Positions 1 through 13,380 are shown, counted from the first letter of the stretch. The stretch is 20,000 nucleotides of DNA from Reclinomonas americana ATCC 50394 (GCA_048213135.1 PS015296.1:119568-139567); one strand, 5' to 3'. The notes: generated from the letters alone by a model not told the origin. Program-made: numbers and translations.

Positions 1-3000
1 CTTCTTTGCAATCACACGCAGCTCCTCCATCAGCTGCTCCAGTTCGTCCTTCGGGAACAGACCGGGAATTTCACCAGAGCACAAAATCATGTTGATGTAC
101 TCGAGGAAGCCTGTCGGGAAGCAATGGAATCAGTCGCACAGCAATAATGTGGAACTCAAGAAGCAGGAATCGCTTGCCCAACCTTCCTCCTTGATCTCAT
201 TGTCCGTAAAGATAAACACCATCGGCGAGCTGACGGCGGCGTTGCGGTACAGCGCCTTCAGGTCGTCCATAAAGTTGTTCATGCCATAGCCCTTGACCAG
301 TTGGACCTGTCATCATCACACCAGCAGGATTAGCACCAACAGCAAGCAACGACAACGAAGACGGAATAAAGACAACATTGTCGCACCTGGTACGGCTCAC
401 AGTTGGCAATAAATGCCGCCAAGCGAGTCAGCGACTGCTTGCCGGAACCACCGACACCGACCAGCAACGCGTTGCCGCCCGGCATGGTCACGATACGCGA
501 AATGCGCATCAAGTGATGCATGGCGAACTCGAAGAGCACCAGATGCATCTGCGAGCGACGGTACTTTTCGTTGTACAAGCCTGCACCACATCGGCATCGT
601 CAGCTACAACCGAGCAAACACACACACTCCTCAACAAACACACAAACCAATGTAGTAGTCGAGGCGATCGTTGAGGTGCTGGTACGACTTGATGGGCTCG
701 TAAAAGTACTCAATGGGCTCGTTCTCGTCGGCCGGTGGCGGGTACTCGTCGTCGTCGCGCAGGAAATTGACAAAGTAGCGTGGGTTCATGGCCACCTCGG
801 CCAGTGCGTCACCCATTTCGCTGGCCACCACCGTGCGCGTCGTGTCCGTGAACCACTGCACGTCTTCCGCCGAAATGAACTTGTCCGGCAGCACACGGTC
901 GCACTCGTGCTTCCACAGGCACAGCACCACGTCGGCGTCGTTGAGAGCCTTGGGCACGGCGCGGAGCAGGCCTTGGAAGATGCGACTCAAGTCACGCAAG
1001 TTGAAAATATAGTGGAACTTGGCCGGTGTCGGCAGCATCTTGACCTTGGTCTTCTCCCACAACAGGCGCGTCATGCGCGGGAAGTGGCTGGCGCGCTCCA
1101 CCACGGCCGCCGAGAAGCCGCGCTCCTTGCAGAAGTGACCGCAGCAGATCTTGCCGTAAATGGCCTCCACCGAGGTGGTCGAAGGCAGAGTGACGTTGAA
1201 GACGGCAAAGTGGCGCTTGAGACGCGACGGAATGTCGTTCTTGCCACCACCAGGCTGATTCATGGCCGCCACGTACTTGCAGTCCTGAATGACCAGGCGC
1301 TCGCCGGGCTTGTCCAAATTGTAAATCTCACCGTCCTCCACCAGCTGGCGGGTGAGCTCGTTTGTCACTTGGTCACCCCACTCGTTGATCTCGGGCATGT
1401 TGATGTCGTCGATAAAGATGATCATCGTGGTGCCGACTGGCGGACCGTACTTGTTCTGCAGGCGCTTCTCGACGGAAGACTCGAGCGTGCGTTGCAAAAT
1501 GTAGGGCGTGGTGGCACTGGAGAATGACATGGCCTTGTTCTTGACCTGCGTGCAAGAATGTCAGTAATGGGAAACGGAGAAGAGAAGAGAAGGGAGGGAG
1601 AAAAGGAAAGACAACCGAGGAAGAAGAGAGAGGAAGGCAGTGCAAGACAAAGAAAGAGGGAAAGAGGAGGGGGAGGAGAGAGGGAAAGAATGTGTGTGCG
1701 CGCGTGCGAGTATTTGACAAACCTTGTCCGGAGGCATCTTGAGAATGTACTGCTGGAGTGTTACAGTCTTGGCCGTACCGCTTTCTCCAATGAGAAGCAC
1801 CGGCAGCGACTGCTTGACAATGTTGTTGACGAGGAAGTCGCAGCGCACATTGTCGACAGTGGGCACCAAAATCGACGCAAACGGCGGCGTCTTGTCCTTC
1901 GGGTACTCCCACTGCGGCACACGCTCGCGCCAGTGCTGCCACTCGCCACTCTCCGGGTTCACCATGTACTCGTACACCTGCGTGAGTGGCACGTGAGAAA
2001 TCAAGATACGATGCAAGCGACAAGCGCAATAACCACACACACACACGAACCGATTCGCCGGTGGCGGCATCGGGGACGGTGAGGCCACCCGTATCGCGCA
2101 GCCAGTTGTGGACCTTGAGGCGGTCGGGCAACTCGAGCACGCCGCCCAGACTCCAAATGAAGGCAAACACAAAGTAGCGCTCAATGACGGTGGGGTTGAG
2201 GGCTTCGGGGCGCTGCTGCTTTGGTGGCAGCAAACCATTCAGCAGCTTCAGCGCCGTGCTGACCAGACACACGTCGTAAATCGACATCTTGCCATCGCAC
2301 TGTGCGCGATAGAACTCCAGGAAGCCGCCGACGTTCTTGAGGAAGAGACGCCGCAACACTTCCGCGTCCTCTTGCGGACGGTGCAGGTGATCCGAGTCGG
2401 GGTCGTTCTCGGCCACGACCTTCACCCACGCCTCCACCACCGGCTCCCAGCCGAGCGCGCTCGGTCCCATGTACACCATACCCATGCGCGACACCGTGGC
2501 CGGCGACGCGTTATCCAGGTTGCCCACCTCAAACAACAGCTTGAGCGTGGCAGGCATGCCTACACGCACGCACGCACAACGAAGGGGGGTGAGAGGGATG
2601 AGAGGGTTGCACTCACAGAAGAGGAAAGCAACAAACCGATGCGATCGCCATTGGCGAGGGTCAGTGTCTTGGTGTCGTCGAGCACCGTGTTGAGATTCTC
2701 AATCCACACGGCATCGACAGGGCCGTCGAGAATGATCCAGCTGTGGCCGACCTTGCTTTCGCAACCCTTGCGCCACAGCGACGAGAAGATACCGTCGGTC
2801 CAGTCGTTGGTGGCCGCATCGAGGCGACCAAACATCTGGGTGGCGGTGATGGCCTTCGGGTTCATGCGGCGCACCGAAATCGGCACCTCCGTCTCCGACA
2901 GTGCCTTGGCCAGCACATCGAACAGTGTGCTCTTGCCGGCACCACTGGGTCCCATGAGGCACAGGCCGTGGCGCACACGCCACTGCTCGAACATTTGCAC

Positions 3001-6000
3001 AATCTTCAGGTTCCAGCCCGGATGGTTGATGAGCTTGAGGTTCCCTGCGTACTTAGCAATGGCGGCCTGCAGCTCTCCATACTCTTGGCGCTCCACCTGC
3101 AATCGACAGCGAGGTTAAATGAGTACGAAAGAATGAGTGGTGGTGCTGGTGGCGGAGCGACGCAACGATAATGCCCGGGAACAGATCCTCAATGAGCGAG
3201 TAGAACAGCGGCTCGTCCTCCTCGACCAGCTTCGAGATGTTCATGTCACGCAGCACACGCATGAGAATCATGGTCTCGGAGTGCGTCGGGTTCTCACGCT
3301 TGGTGGCGCCGGCGGTACGGAGCACCGACAGAATGTTGCGCAAGCCGAAATCGTAGTGAGTCTGCTTCGACAGCTGCTCCTCGCACAGGCGGTAGAGGAT
3401 GAAGAACTTCTTGGAGAGGCGCGCATTGTCCTGGAAACCGGAGGCGGCCAGACGCACACGCATGATAATCTGACGATCGGGGACGACCACAGCAATCGTG
3501 CTGCAGGCAAAAAACGGAAGGGTCAGGAAAAATATCACGCACGAGAAGTGCCGGTGAGTCAATGAACAAGGTCCGTACCGGAAAAGCGCCTTCATGTTCT
3601 CCGGCAGCTCGGTACGACCGGCGTAACCGGGGTTCATGGTGATGAACAGACTGCTGCCCTTGTCCAGCGGGATGACAGAGCCGTCGGTGAAGCGGAACTT
3701 GTCAGCCTTTTCGCTGTGGTACGAAGCATGGATCTTGGTGAGGAGGGCGGAAGAAAGTGTGGGTGGTGGGCGGTAGCCGACAACTCACCGGTGGGCCTGG
3801 AAGAAGCACTGAATTTGCGCAGCGACGACACTGAGCACTTCCAGTTCGACACGGTTGACCTCGTCGAAACCGCACCAGCATCCACTTTGAGCAATGCCCT
3901 GTGCAGCAGATGAAGGGAGAGAGAGAGAGAGAGAGGAGGAGGAGGGAGAGCAGAGCGGAAAGCAAAGACAGAGGAGAGAGAGACTGAGTATCAAAACGAG
4001 AAAGTGTCGTCAAGTGACAAGCGTGATTACCTTGAAGAGCTTGCCCATGGCACGGAAATCCATTTGATCGGAGCAGTTGATGGTGATAAAGTACTTGCCC
4101 ACTGTACGACCCATATCCTGCAGAGCACACACGTGCAGCCGTTTAGCGAAAAAATACAAGCGGCCTTGGGTGGAGTGTGTCTCTCACCTTGGTTGTCTCG
4201 GTCTTGCCCGTTCCGGCGGGACCGGCTGGCGCACCACCAAAGTACATGCCCATGGCTTGAGCGCAGGAAATGTAGATACGATCTGCGTCGGACAAGTGCG
4301 TTAGCCACACCGCAACAAAAAAGGCACTAATTGGCTGCTCTCCACCCCACACGCGTACCAGTGAGCGGCGTAATCACAAGACGCTCCGTGCAACCGAGAT
4401 ACTCGAAGCAATACTCAAAGTCGACATCGGTGACAGAGATGCGGCACACATCCTCCTCGAACTTCCAGTAGAAGCGCGTCTGCTTCAGCCACTCAAAGTC
4501 GTTTGCCGCCTTGATGCGCTTCTTGACCATGTAGGCGAAGATATCCACCTGTGCAAAGGAGCACAGTCGTAAGCATCACTTACTACAAATAAAATATGGA
4601 ATCACAAGCAAGCAAGCAAACCTGATGAATGTGAATGGTGATGAGCGTCTCGACCTTGGTACGATCGGCACGCGACAAGTCGAGTGTCGTCATGTCGATG
4701 AGACCGGCGAGCAGGTCGTAGAACTTGCGGTTGGCCGTGTTCATGGCACCACGCTCCGCGCGAGCGCGCTCCAGCGCACTCTCCGCATCGAGCGTCCACA
4801 GCAGCTGCAGACCGAGCAGCGCCACCTGAGCCGGATACATGTTGACGAATTCCTGCAGCTTCTCCTTGCTGGCCGACTCGAGCATCTCGCCGACACGGGC
4901 GGCCATGTCGCGACTGACATCCTTCATGGCCGTCTGCATGGCCACAACGAAGCGGTTGAGCCAGTCCTCAATGTTGCCCTCGGCAATGCACGTCTCCTAC
5001 AACGCACCAACCGACAATCAGCAACAGAAAGAAGTGTGGATAAGGGAAAGGAGGCTTTGTGTCACGCAACGCTGAGTGGAATGTGCTCCTTCTCGGCCGA
5101 GAAGAGACCCTTGATGTGCGTGCGCTTGACCTTGTCGAACTCGGCCAAGTACACACTGGAGGTGATGGAGAGCAAGTGGCTCTGAATGGTGTGCGGATCG
5201 GAGCCCTGACCGAGAATCTCGAGCAGCTGCGCATCCGACACAAAGTAGAAGCGCGGGAAGACGCCACGCTTGGCCTCCAGGTAGCCGGCCAGCGACTTTT
5301 GGCAAAACTCCAACGACTCGAGCAGCGTCTCGAGAAGCTCCTTCAGCGCCGGGTCGCTGGTCTGCTTGACCATGTTGGGGTTGTCGAGCACACCGGCCAT
5401 GATCTTGCACCAGTTCTTGTCGATACCGGCAAAGCGCTTGGCCTCGGTGGGCAGCTGGCGGGCGATATCGCCACCAGAGAACACGGCCTCCAGGTAGATC
5501 CACAGCGACTGCGTGCGCAGCCACAATTCGATGACTTCCTGCGCCATGGATAGGCGCTGCACCCACTTCTGGATCTGCGCACGGAACGGCGCGTTGTACT
5601 TGTTGGAGAGCAGCGAACCGAGCGCCATCTGGGCGTCTTCGATGTTGGTCATCAACTCGCTGGTCGCCGACGGCATCAGCAACAGCGGGCCGCGGTTCTT
5701 GAACTCGTCCAGCTGCAGGTTGATGAGCGCCCACTCTTCCTCGATCTTGTTGATCTTCTCCTCGATATCGGCCTCACGCACGGCAGCGTTGCAGATTTCC
5801 TCCACATCGTCGGTGAAGCGATACAGCTTGGCCTCGACAATGTTGCGCACGCGGAAGTCGGTCATGGTGGGGCTCAGTTCGTAGCCCGACAGTTTCGACA
5901 CGGATTCCCAGTGACGTGCCTGAATGCGGTCGCTGGCCAGGCCAGTGAGCAGCGGCAGCGTCTCCAGGAAGTCGTTGATGGTCTGCTTGAGCTCCGTGTA

Positions 6001-9000
6001 GGCCTCCCAGTTGCTGAGGAGGGAAGAGGGTGAGAAGAGGGTGAGACAAAGGCAATGCAAACGGAGGGGAAGGGAGGGGAAGGGAAATATGGGAAGGGAA
6101 AGGAGGGGAAGGGAGGGGAAAATGGGACAGGGAGGTGAAGGGAATGGGAAGGGAGGGGAAAGAGCGGAAAGACATCAAAGGAGAGAGAAAGTTGAGAGTT
6201 CAACGAGGAGAGAGAGAATGAGAATGAGAAAAACAGAAAACACAAACGAACAGAACAGAAAATGAGAGCAGGTTGAGAGATTAACAAGTAAATGAAGCGA
6301 GATATAAAAAGGAGTGAAATAGCAAGAGAGCGAGAAAGGATCAAGGACACATACAGATAGAAAAGAGAAGACATAATGCGACCCGCTACGAAACTGAAGC
6401 TGGCGGGGCAGGCGACGGCAGAGCGTCTGGAACGTGTTGAGCTTGTCGGCCATGTCTTGCACCTTGACGTCAGTCCACAGTACCTCCTCGTAGCCGGTGA
6501 TGGTGACGAGCACGTTGGTGTAGAGGTTGTAGAGCTTGCCGAGCAGGTCGAGCTCCTGGTCCAAAAAGTCCAGCTCTGGGTACGTGGTCTGCGGCAGGTT
6601 GAACAGCTGCTCACCCATCTCGTAGATCTCGCGCTTGCGCTTGCGATCCTGGTACAGACGCTCAAAGTTCTTGAGCTTCTCCACAGCCACACGCGGCTTG
6701 ATGCCGGGCTGATTCGGACCCTTGTCATCGTACTCGGCCTTCAGGCGCGCGACATCTTCGACAAAGGTCTTGACGTCGCTCTCCAGCGCCTTCTTGTAGC
6801 GCGGAGCAATCTGTCGTCACCCCAGCACCGCATTGAGTCAAACCAAAAAAAGGAGGGACAAGAAGGTAAAAAGGGACGCAACATTCGACACGTGCGCCAT
6901 GGTGAGACGCGACTCGTGCACCAAGTCCTTCCACTTCTTGCGGATCTTCTCCACCTCCTCCAGCTCTTCCTGCGGCACGTCGACCTTGTACTTGAGCAGA
7001 ATCTGGTAGGCCTCCTCAATCGGGATCATCTTCATCTCCATGATGCTCTCCTTCTCGCGCAGCACGCCAAGGACGCTCATGAGGGCGTTGATGTCGGCCA
7101 GATCCTCCAGCTGGTCGCGCTTCATCAGCTTGCTCATCGTCTCGTCCATGTAGGTGAGGTACTTGTCGAGCTTGCCCTTGCCCTTCTGGTTGAGGGCGCT
7201 GCCGTACTCGGTCTTCCAGGCGGCGGCCTCACGCATAAGGGCCAACTTCAGCGGCTTGATGTCGAGGCAGAGAGTGCCGATGATGTGGGCCGGCGGCAGC
7301 GCCGACACTCGCTCAAATAGCAAGTGGTACTTCTTGACGGCCATCTCAAAGTCGTTGAGGCCGGGCTTGGAGCCCAGGAACTCAGCCATGGTCTCCTTGC
7401 GGTTGACACGCCACAGCTCCTGATATTGGTTCAGGTCTTCCAGATACTTGAGCACCTGCGCAAGGGGGAGGGAGGAGAAGCGAGAGAGGGACAATGTCAT
7501 GAGTCGTTCATCTCGGACGTTCAGGAAGGGATTCTTCGCCGAGGTAGATGGACCATGACTGTTGATTTGGCACTCGCCGTCAACCATCCCGACCGCCACC
7601 GAAGAATTCAAGACGGGCAGGAGTAGACGCATACGGGCGGTGCCAAGGAGGGAGAGGGTGAAGGGAAAGGGAGGGAAAGGGAAAGGGAGGGGAAGGGAAG
7701 GGAAAGGGCAAGGGAGGGGAAGGGAGGGGAATGGGAGGGACTGAGGAAGAGTGAGGAAAGCAGAGCGAAAGAGGGTGTGACAGAGGGATGCGAAGAATGA
7801 CAAGTTGGATGGACAAAAATGAGAGGTCAAGGGGGAAAGAGTGCAACAGAAGGGAGAGAGAAAAAGTCAGAGAAAGAGGGGACGAAGAAGAGAGACAGCG
7901 GAGGGAGGGAAACAGGGACAGACACATGCAAAAACTGAGAGATGTGAAGGAAACAGGGAGTGAACAGAGAAAGAGAGGAAATGACAAGAGAGAAGAGATC
8001 TCTGTGTCCTCCACCCGCGCCCCCCACCCTCCCAACACTCAACTGTCTTGGAAAGCACGGCAGCGGAGCCAGTCAGCTGCAGGAACGTCTTGATGATCTG
8101 ACGGTTGCGGCCGAGCTCAAAGTACGCGTTGCGCAGGCCCTCCAGCGCCTCCGGCGTCTGCTGCTGCGGTCGCTTCTGGCCCCAATACAAAATGTACTTG
8201 GTGGCCTCCAGCATGATACGCGCAGTCTTGTTGATGCATCGCTGCACCTCCTCCAGGGACGGGTCGATCACAATGTCGGGCACTTGCAGGTGCACCTCGG
8301 CCTTGAAGACGGGCATCGACAGCGACAGGAAGCCGAACGACTTGTACGAGATGCGCGACTTGAGGCTCTGCGCACTGCGGCGCAGCGAGTCGATGCAGGA
8401 ATCGACGGCGACCTTTTGGTAGTGCGACACAATTGCCGCGCAGTCCAGGCGCACCTCCTGCACCTCCTCTGCCGCGTACTGGTGGGTCAGCAGCGCCACC
8501 AGATCGTTGGCCGCCGACTCCATTTCGGCGCTCTTCAAGTCGATCGTCTTGGCGGCCTTGATCGATGTCTCCGACTGCAGCTCGATGAAGTCGCTGATGG
8601 AGAGCGTCTCCGGGTGGTTCAACTCGACAAACAGCGTGTTGCCGATGCACCGCGCATTGGCCTCCAGGCGGTTCGCCACAATGTCGTTGGACTGTGAGGA
8701 GACAAGGGTAAGCTAAGGTGCGAAGGAAATGAGCAGAAGGAAATCGTTCTGCAGACCTTGCTGACGAGCTCCTCCAGGCGGCTGATGGCGCGGACGCATT
8801 GCGTCGTGTAACCGTCAATGTTCAGCGAGGACCATGTGAGGGAGATGAGGCCCTGTGGGGGAGGAGTGTGAGAAGGAGAAGCGAGAGGGAAAAAGGAGAA
8901 GGGAGGAGGAGAGGGAGAGAGGAGAGGAAGGGGAAGGGGAAGGGGAAGGNNNNNNNNNNNNNNNNNNNNNNNNNNNNNNNNNNNNNNNNNNNNNNNNNNN

Positions 9001-12000
9001 NNNNNNNNNNNNNNNNNNNNNNNNNNNNNNNNNNNNNNNNNNNNNNNNNNNNNNNNNNNNNNNNNNNNNNNNNNNNNNNNNNNNNNNNNNNNNNNNNNNN
9101 NNNNNNNNNNNNNNNAGAGAGAGAGAGAGAGAGAGAGAACAGGGCGGACTTGCAGCCAGCTCAAACGCAACTGGGGCAATCACTTCGTCCACACGAGCAA
9201 TCATGTTGCGAAGCAGACTGGCGTACACAGGCTGGACCATGCTGACCACGCGATCGTACTCGCTGATCATGTAGTTGAGGCTCGACGAGTATTTCTGCAA
9301 GCAAGTCAGACTCTTCCTCCTGCTCTTCCCTCCCAATCCATCCCACCCACAACGCACCTTGATCTTGCTCTTCTGCAGGTACACGGTGTGCGCCGACTCG
9401 GGGATCTCCAGACCCATGTCGTCGAGCAGCTTGATCTCGCGAATCAGTTGCAGGATTTGCAAGTCAAAGTTGACCAGGTACTTGTTGGTGGAGGGGTCGC
9501 GGACCATCAGCGTGGCCAGGAGGCCATCCCGCGCAGCCGCCACCGCCTCGCACCAGCCGTTGTACCACACCTCCTCGAACTGCACGAGGGCGCGGGCCAC
9601 GGTGTTGTAGGCCTTGACAATGCGGCGGCTCTCGACGAGCTTCACAATGTAGGTGTTCTGGAAGTGGAGCATCGGGCCCTCCAGCTTGCGCAGCATCTGG
9701 CGCGCCCACGCAATGCTGCCGGCCACCGGCGGGTAGTTGCGCGGGAAAGGCGGGTGTGTCTTGAGGCGCTCGTACGACTTTTTGAAGTCCTCAATCACCT
9801 GTCCGTACTTGTGCCACAGGTGCAGGTGCTTCTCCTCCAGCGTGCGCTGCACAGCAGAGTGAGGGAGAGAGGGAGCGGGAGAACAAGAGCAGCAGGGCAC
9901 AACTCACATTCAGCGTCTCGCGATCAAAGGCCGCCTTGAATTGCTTCCACAGGTGCAGCGACGGCTCAATCTTCATGTTGTCGGTAAAGGCATGTGAAAT
10001 AAAGGCGATGCAGTCATTCTCCAGCTCGAGAATCGACAGGTTGAAGGTGGCGTAGTCGGTCTCGAATTCCTGCTTGCGCGGGTCGAGGAAGTCGTACTTT
10101 TTCTTGCGGAATTCGCTCACGATGCGGCGGTACTGATGAGGAGAAGGGTGAGACATGGTAGAAGGGAAGGGGAGGGGGAGGGGAAAGGGGAAAGGGAGGG
10201 GAGAAGGGGGAGGGCAAAGGGGGGAGGGGAGGGGAAAGGAGAAGAGGAGGTAAGACGAGAAAGGAGAAGGGAGAAGGAGAAAGGGAAAAGAGATGAGATG
10301 GGGAGGAAAACACAGAAGGGAGAATGGAAGTAAGGAACAAACAAACAAACAAAGAGAGAGAGAATGAAAGGAAGAAAAAGAGAAAGAAAGAAGACGAGAC
10401 AAGTGTCGATGAAACAAGGGACTTTGCCGCTCACCTGATCAACCAGCGGCTGCATGCCCTCGATCACACTCTCCTCAATGCCAGCGAATTGCTTGAGGGT
10501 GGTGAACAGGTCGATCAGCTTCTGGAGACGGCGGCAAAACACGTCAAACTTGCCAAAGATGGCGGCCTCGGAGCAGTCAAACTGCTTGCCCGACGGGTTC
10601 TGCTGCAGCTCGTACTTGGTCTGCCGGTACTGCGACTGGTACTGATCGTACAGGTCGATGCAGTGGTGGCACTTCTCAATCAGCTTCACCGGATCCTGCT
10701 CCCAGATCGACGTCTCATGACCGCGAGCGCCGCCCAGGCCGCTGGCCGTGGTGCGCATCGGCTCGTAGACGGTGAGGATGTAGCCCTTGCAGCAGGCAAT
10801 CATCTGGTTGGTGATCTTGACAAACAGTGCCGTCAGGCGCTCCGAGGTGTTGTAGTAGCGCGAGATCGAGTGGATCATGCGGATGGCGTTGAGGAGGCCA
10901 GGGAGACCGGCGGACACTAAAATGGGGGAAGGGTGAAAAGGGGATGTAAGGGCGAGGGATGAGAGAAGCGAAGAAGAAGAGAAAAGTAAGAGTACGCGCA
11001 CACAGAGAGACAGGATGGAAGAGAGCACAAACAGCAAAGAGACAACGCACACAACAGGGGGCACTCAGATGTTCGGAGCGTTGCGCATCCAACACGTAGT
11101 GATCCAGGGCACACACATGCACACTGATTCTTTCCACATACTCCACACTACGCCCTCCACCTTCCCGCACGCACCTTGCGCTGGATCGTTGCGGTACAGG
11201 GGCTCGCTGAACTTCTCCAGTGTGTCGAGGTACTTGACATTGTCCTTGGCCTCGTTGGCTGCGTCAGTCAGCTGCTTGTCGAGCTCCATCCACTTTTTGA
11301 GGTAGCGCGACTTGGCATTCATCAGCAGCGACAGCACCATCTGCACGGAAGCACAGTGAGCATGCATGTGCCCACATCACCCACACCAACTATCTGTCCT
11401 CTCTCTCTCTGCATACCTTGACGGGCCGGCTCTTGAGCTGCTCGACCACGCCGTTGAACTTGGCCATGCGCGCCTTCCAGTATTCCAGCTCGGCGCGTGG
11501 GCCCGCATTGTCGGGCTCCGAACGCACGGCGGTGCCCTCGGCAAACGCCACCTGCAACTGCTTCTTCCACTCCTGCAGAATGGCCTCGTAGCGCTCGACC
11601 GTCGTCGGGTTCTTGGCGGCCTGGGCCAGTGCCGTCGGCGTGTCGTCCAGCATCTCGTCCGGTCGCAGCTTGCGCAACTGCACGCCAGCGGCCACGGCCT
11701 GGGAGGCCTCGCCGAGGGTGGACACGAAGCGCTCCAGCGACTCCATGAACGAGAGGATCTCGCCAATCTGCGCCGGGCCGTCCTCCTGCGTCAGCTCGCC
11801 CCAGTTGCTCTGGTTGCGCAGTGCCGGCACCATAACCTGTGCGGCGATCAAGAGTGATGAGCGAACACACACACACACACACGAGAGGGGTGACGAGTAG
11901 GAGGGCTGGCAAACCTCGGTGAGGCGCTTGCGCAGCTCATTGAGCACGTCCTTCTCCACGACGCCAAACAGCAGCTCGGCGTCCATGTTTTGTGCCGACA

Positions 12001-13380
12001 GCGCACGGGTGCCGGCGCGCAAAAAGTACACACCCACCGCCGTGCCACGCAGCGGCAGTGCCTGATCGCCAGTGGCCACACCGAAACGGTGACCCTGTCG
12101 CGACACACCAATGTACCGCTCGCCGAGCACGACGGGTGGTGGTGCAGAGCCGCTGGCGCCATTGGCGCGCGGTGAGTCACCACTCGAGTCCGAGTCGTCG
12201 CTGTTCTCCGCAAAGTCGCCCATGGAGCCTGGAGGGGAGGGGAGAGGAGAGGAGAGGGAGAGGAGAGGGAAAGGGTGAGCAAGTTGATACGGAGGCGAAG
12301 AAACGGGTCATGGACAGGAGTCGACCACACAACAACCACATACATTCTCACTCCCGCAACAAGCCTCCAGTCTAACGCACTCCTCTGCTCTTTGGCGACT
12401 CTAGCAGCAGCACCAAGAAGTCTCCATTCATACTCACTTCTCTCTGCCCAACACTCGCATCTCAACGCCCTCCATGCTTGAGACGCAGCCACACTTCCCC
12501 ATCTTCTTCTCTGCCCATACTCTCCCCACGCACTCCACTCTCTCCTTCTCGCACCACGCACCAGCGGCCGCTAATACGCTCAACGCCCACTCTATACTCT
12601 CCGTCTCCAACGCCGCCACATCACAATCACAGCACCTTCAGCCCAGTCCACCCTCCAACGACCCACGAGCTGCCGCCTCTGCCACCACCAACTACACACC
12701 GTTCTCCACCACTCACAGCCTTTGCCGCAGCCACAAACTCACTGCTCTCTGTTCTCTCACCGACCAGCCGCCATCACAATTCCACCTCAAACTCACTTCC
12801 CGCACTCACAACACCCACTCTACTCCGTCTCCTACCGCCTCAGCTGCCACCAACTCACGACTCCATCCCTCCTCCCATTCTACCCCCCTTCTCCCAACAC
12901 CCACCAGCCACCGCCACATCATAAAGCCCACCGCAAACTCACTCACAACACCCATTCTCCTCCCCATCTACCCCCCTTCTCCTCCCCTTATCATGCCACT
13001 CACCCGCCGCCCGCAAAACATCTCAACACCCACTCTCCTACCGCCTCTGCTGCCACCAACTCACTACTCCCATTCTCCTCCCCGTCTACCCCCCTTCTCC
13101 TCCCCTTATCATGCCACTCACCCGCCGCCGCCTTTGCCGCCGCCGCCGCCGCCGACGCCGACGCCGTCGACGCAGAGCCGCCACTGCCTTCATCTCCCTC
13201 CGCCGACGCCTCGCCATAATAGACCACAAATAGCCTCCTCAGCGCCGTGTCGGCGACAAAGTGCTTGATGGCGTCGGCCGCCGCATCGTGTCGCGTAAAG
13301 AAATCATCAACGGCGGCGCGCGGGCACCGAAAGAACTCGGTGATTTTCGACAGGAACCATGTCACTCGAGGGTCCGCCAT
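1..13380 (-). CDS. DNAH5: Axonemal outer-arm dynein heavy chain, gamma type (DNAH5/DNAH8; Chlamydomonas ODA2-like); 3' part runs out of the window
   Basis: Hand-spliced exons, all GT-AG and in frame: 13380-13122, 12228-11915, 11836-11417, 11340-11175, 10916-10435, 10132-9908, 9846-9358, 9294-9172, 8852-8757, 8691-8044, 7455-6883, 6810-6395, 6013-5071, 4996-4622, 4548-4359, 4282-4188, 4117-4031, 3898-3789, 3713-3579, 3500-3167, 3096-2637, 2559-2051, 1977-1723, 1545-648, 580-387, 306-183, 110-<1 (9,030 nt). Tail motifs [27 protein letters not shown] and [10 protein letters not shown]-loops AAA1 [11 protein letters not shown]2 [11 protein letters not shown]3 GESGTAKT (GTAKT is typical of gamma-type chains) and AAA4 [13 protein letters not shown]5 and DNAH8 cannot be distinguished for a protist gene. 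Confidence 0.96.
7492..7646 (-). ncRNA. Candidate intronic box H/ACA sno/scaRNA in dynein intron 10 (7456-8043)
   Basis: A ~155-nt complex island inside a low-complexity pyrimidine intron, on the host sense strand. Hairpin 1 is closed by GGCAC-CGCC...GGCG-A-GTGCC, followed by H-box AAATCA (7568-7563). Hairpin 2 is closed by CATG...CATG with inner CTCGG/CCGAG, then ACA (7497-7495) and a 3-nt tail. Confidence 0.62.
8950..9115. other. Assembly gap (166 N) within dynein intron 8
   Basis: N run flanked by GGGGAA and (GA)n repeats. The flanking exons join in frame ([16 protein letters not shown]), matching family spacing, so probably no coding sequence is missing. Confidence 0.97.
12580..13130. 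repeat. Degenerate tandem repeats in dynein intron 1, including a duplicated exon 1/intron 1 junction
   Basis: CATTCTCCTCCCC(A/G)TCTACCCCCCTTCTCCTCCCCTTATCATGCCACTCACCCGCCGCC occurs at ~12953-13011 and ~13071-13129. CAACACCCACTCT...CCTACCGCCTC(A/T)GCTGCCACCAACTCAC occurs at ~12809 and ~13024, with a weaker copy at ~12581. Confidence 0.85.

Noticed and set aside
3160-9171. U12-type or non-GT-AG reading of the GTTGCG introns
   Set aside because: There is no RTATCCTT donor or TCCTTAAC branch site. Sliding the junction by one base would need TT...GG/GA/GC ends, whereas GT-AG already fits the frame.
520-10920. Long + strand ORFs such as 520-1527, 2108-3118, 6376-7320, 7960-8697 and 10324-10920
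   Set aside because: Antisense shadows of GC3-rich dynein exons, with no recognisable domains.
12474-13268. 264-aa Pro/Ser/Thr/His-rich + strand ORF
   Set aside because: Translation of tandem repeats antisense to dynein intron 1 and exon 1.
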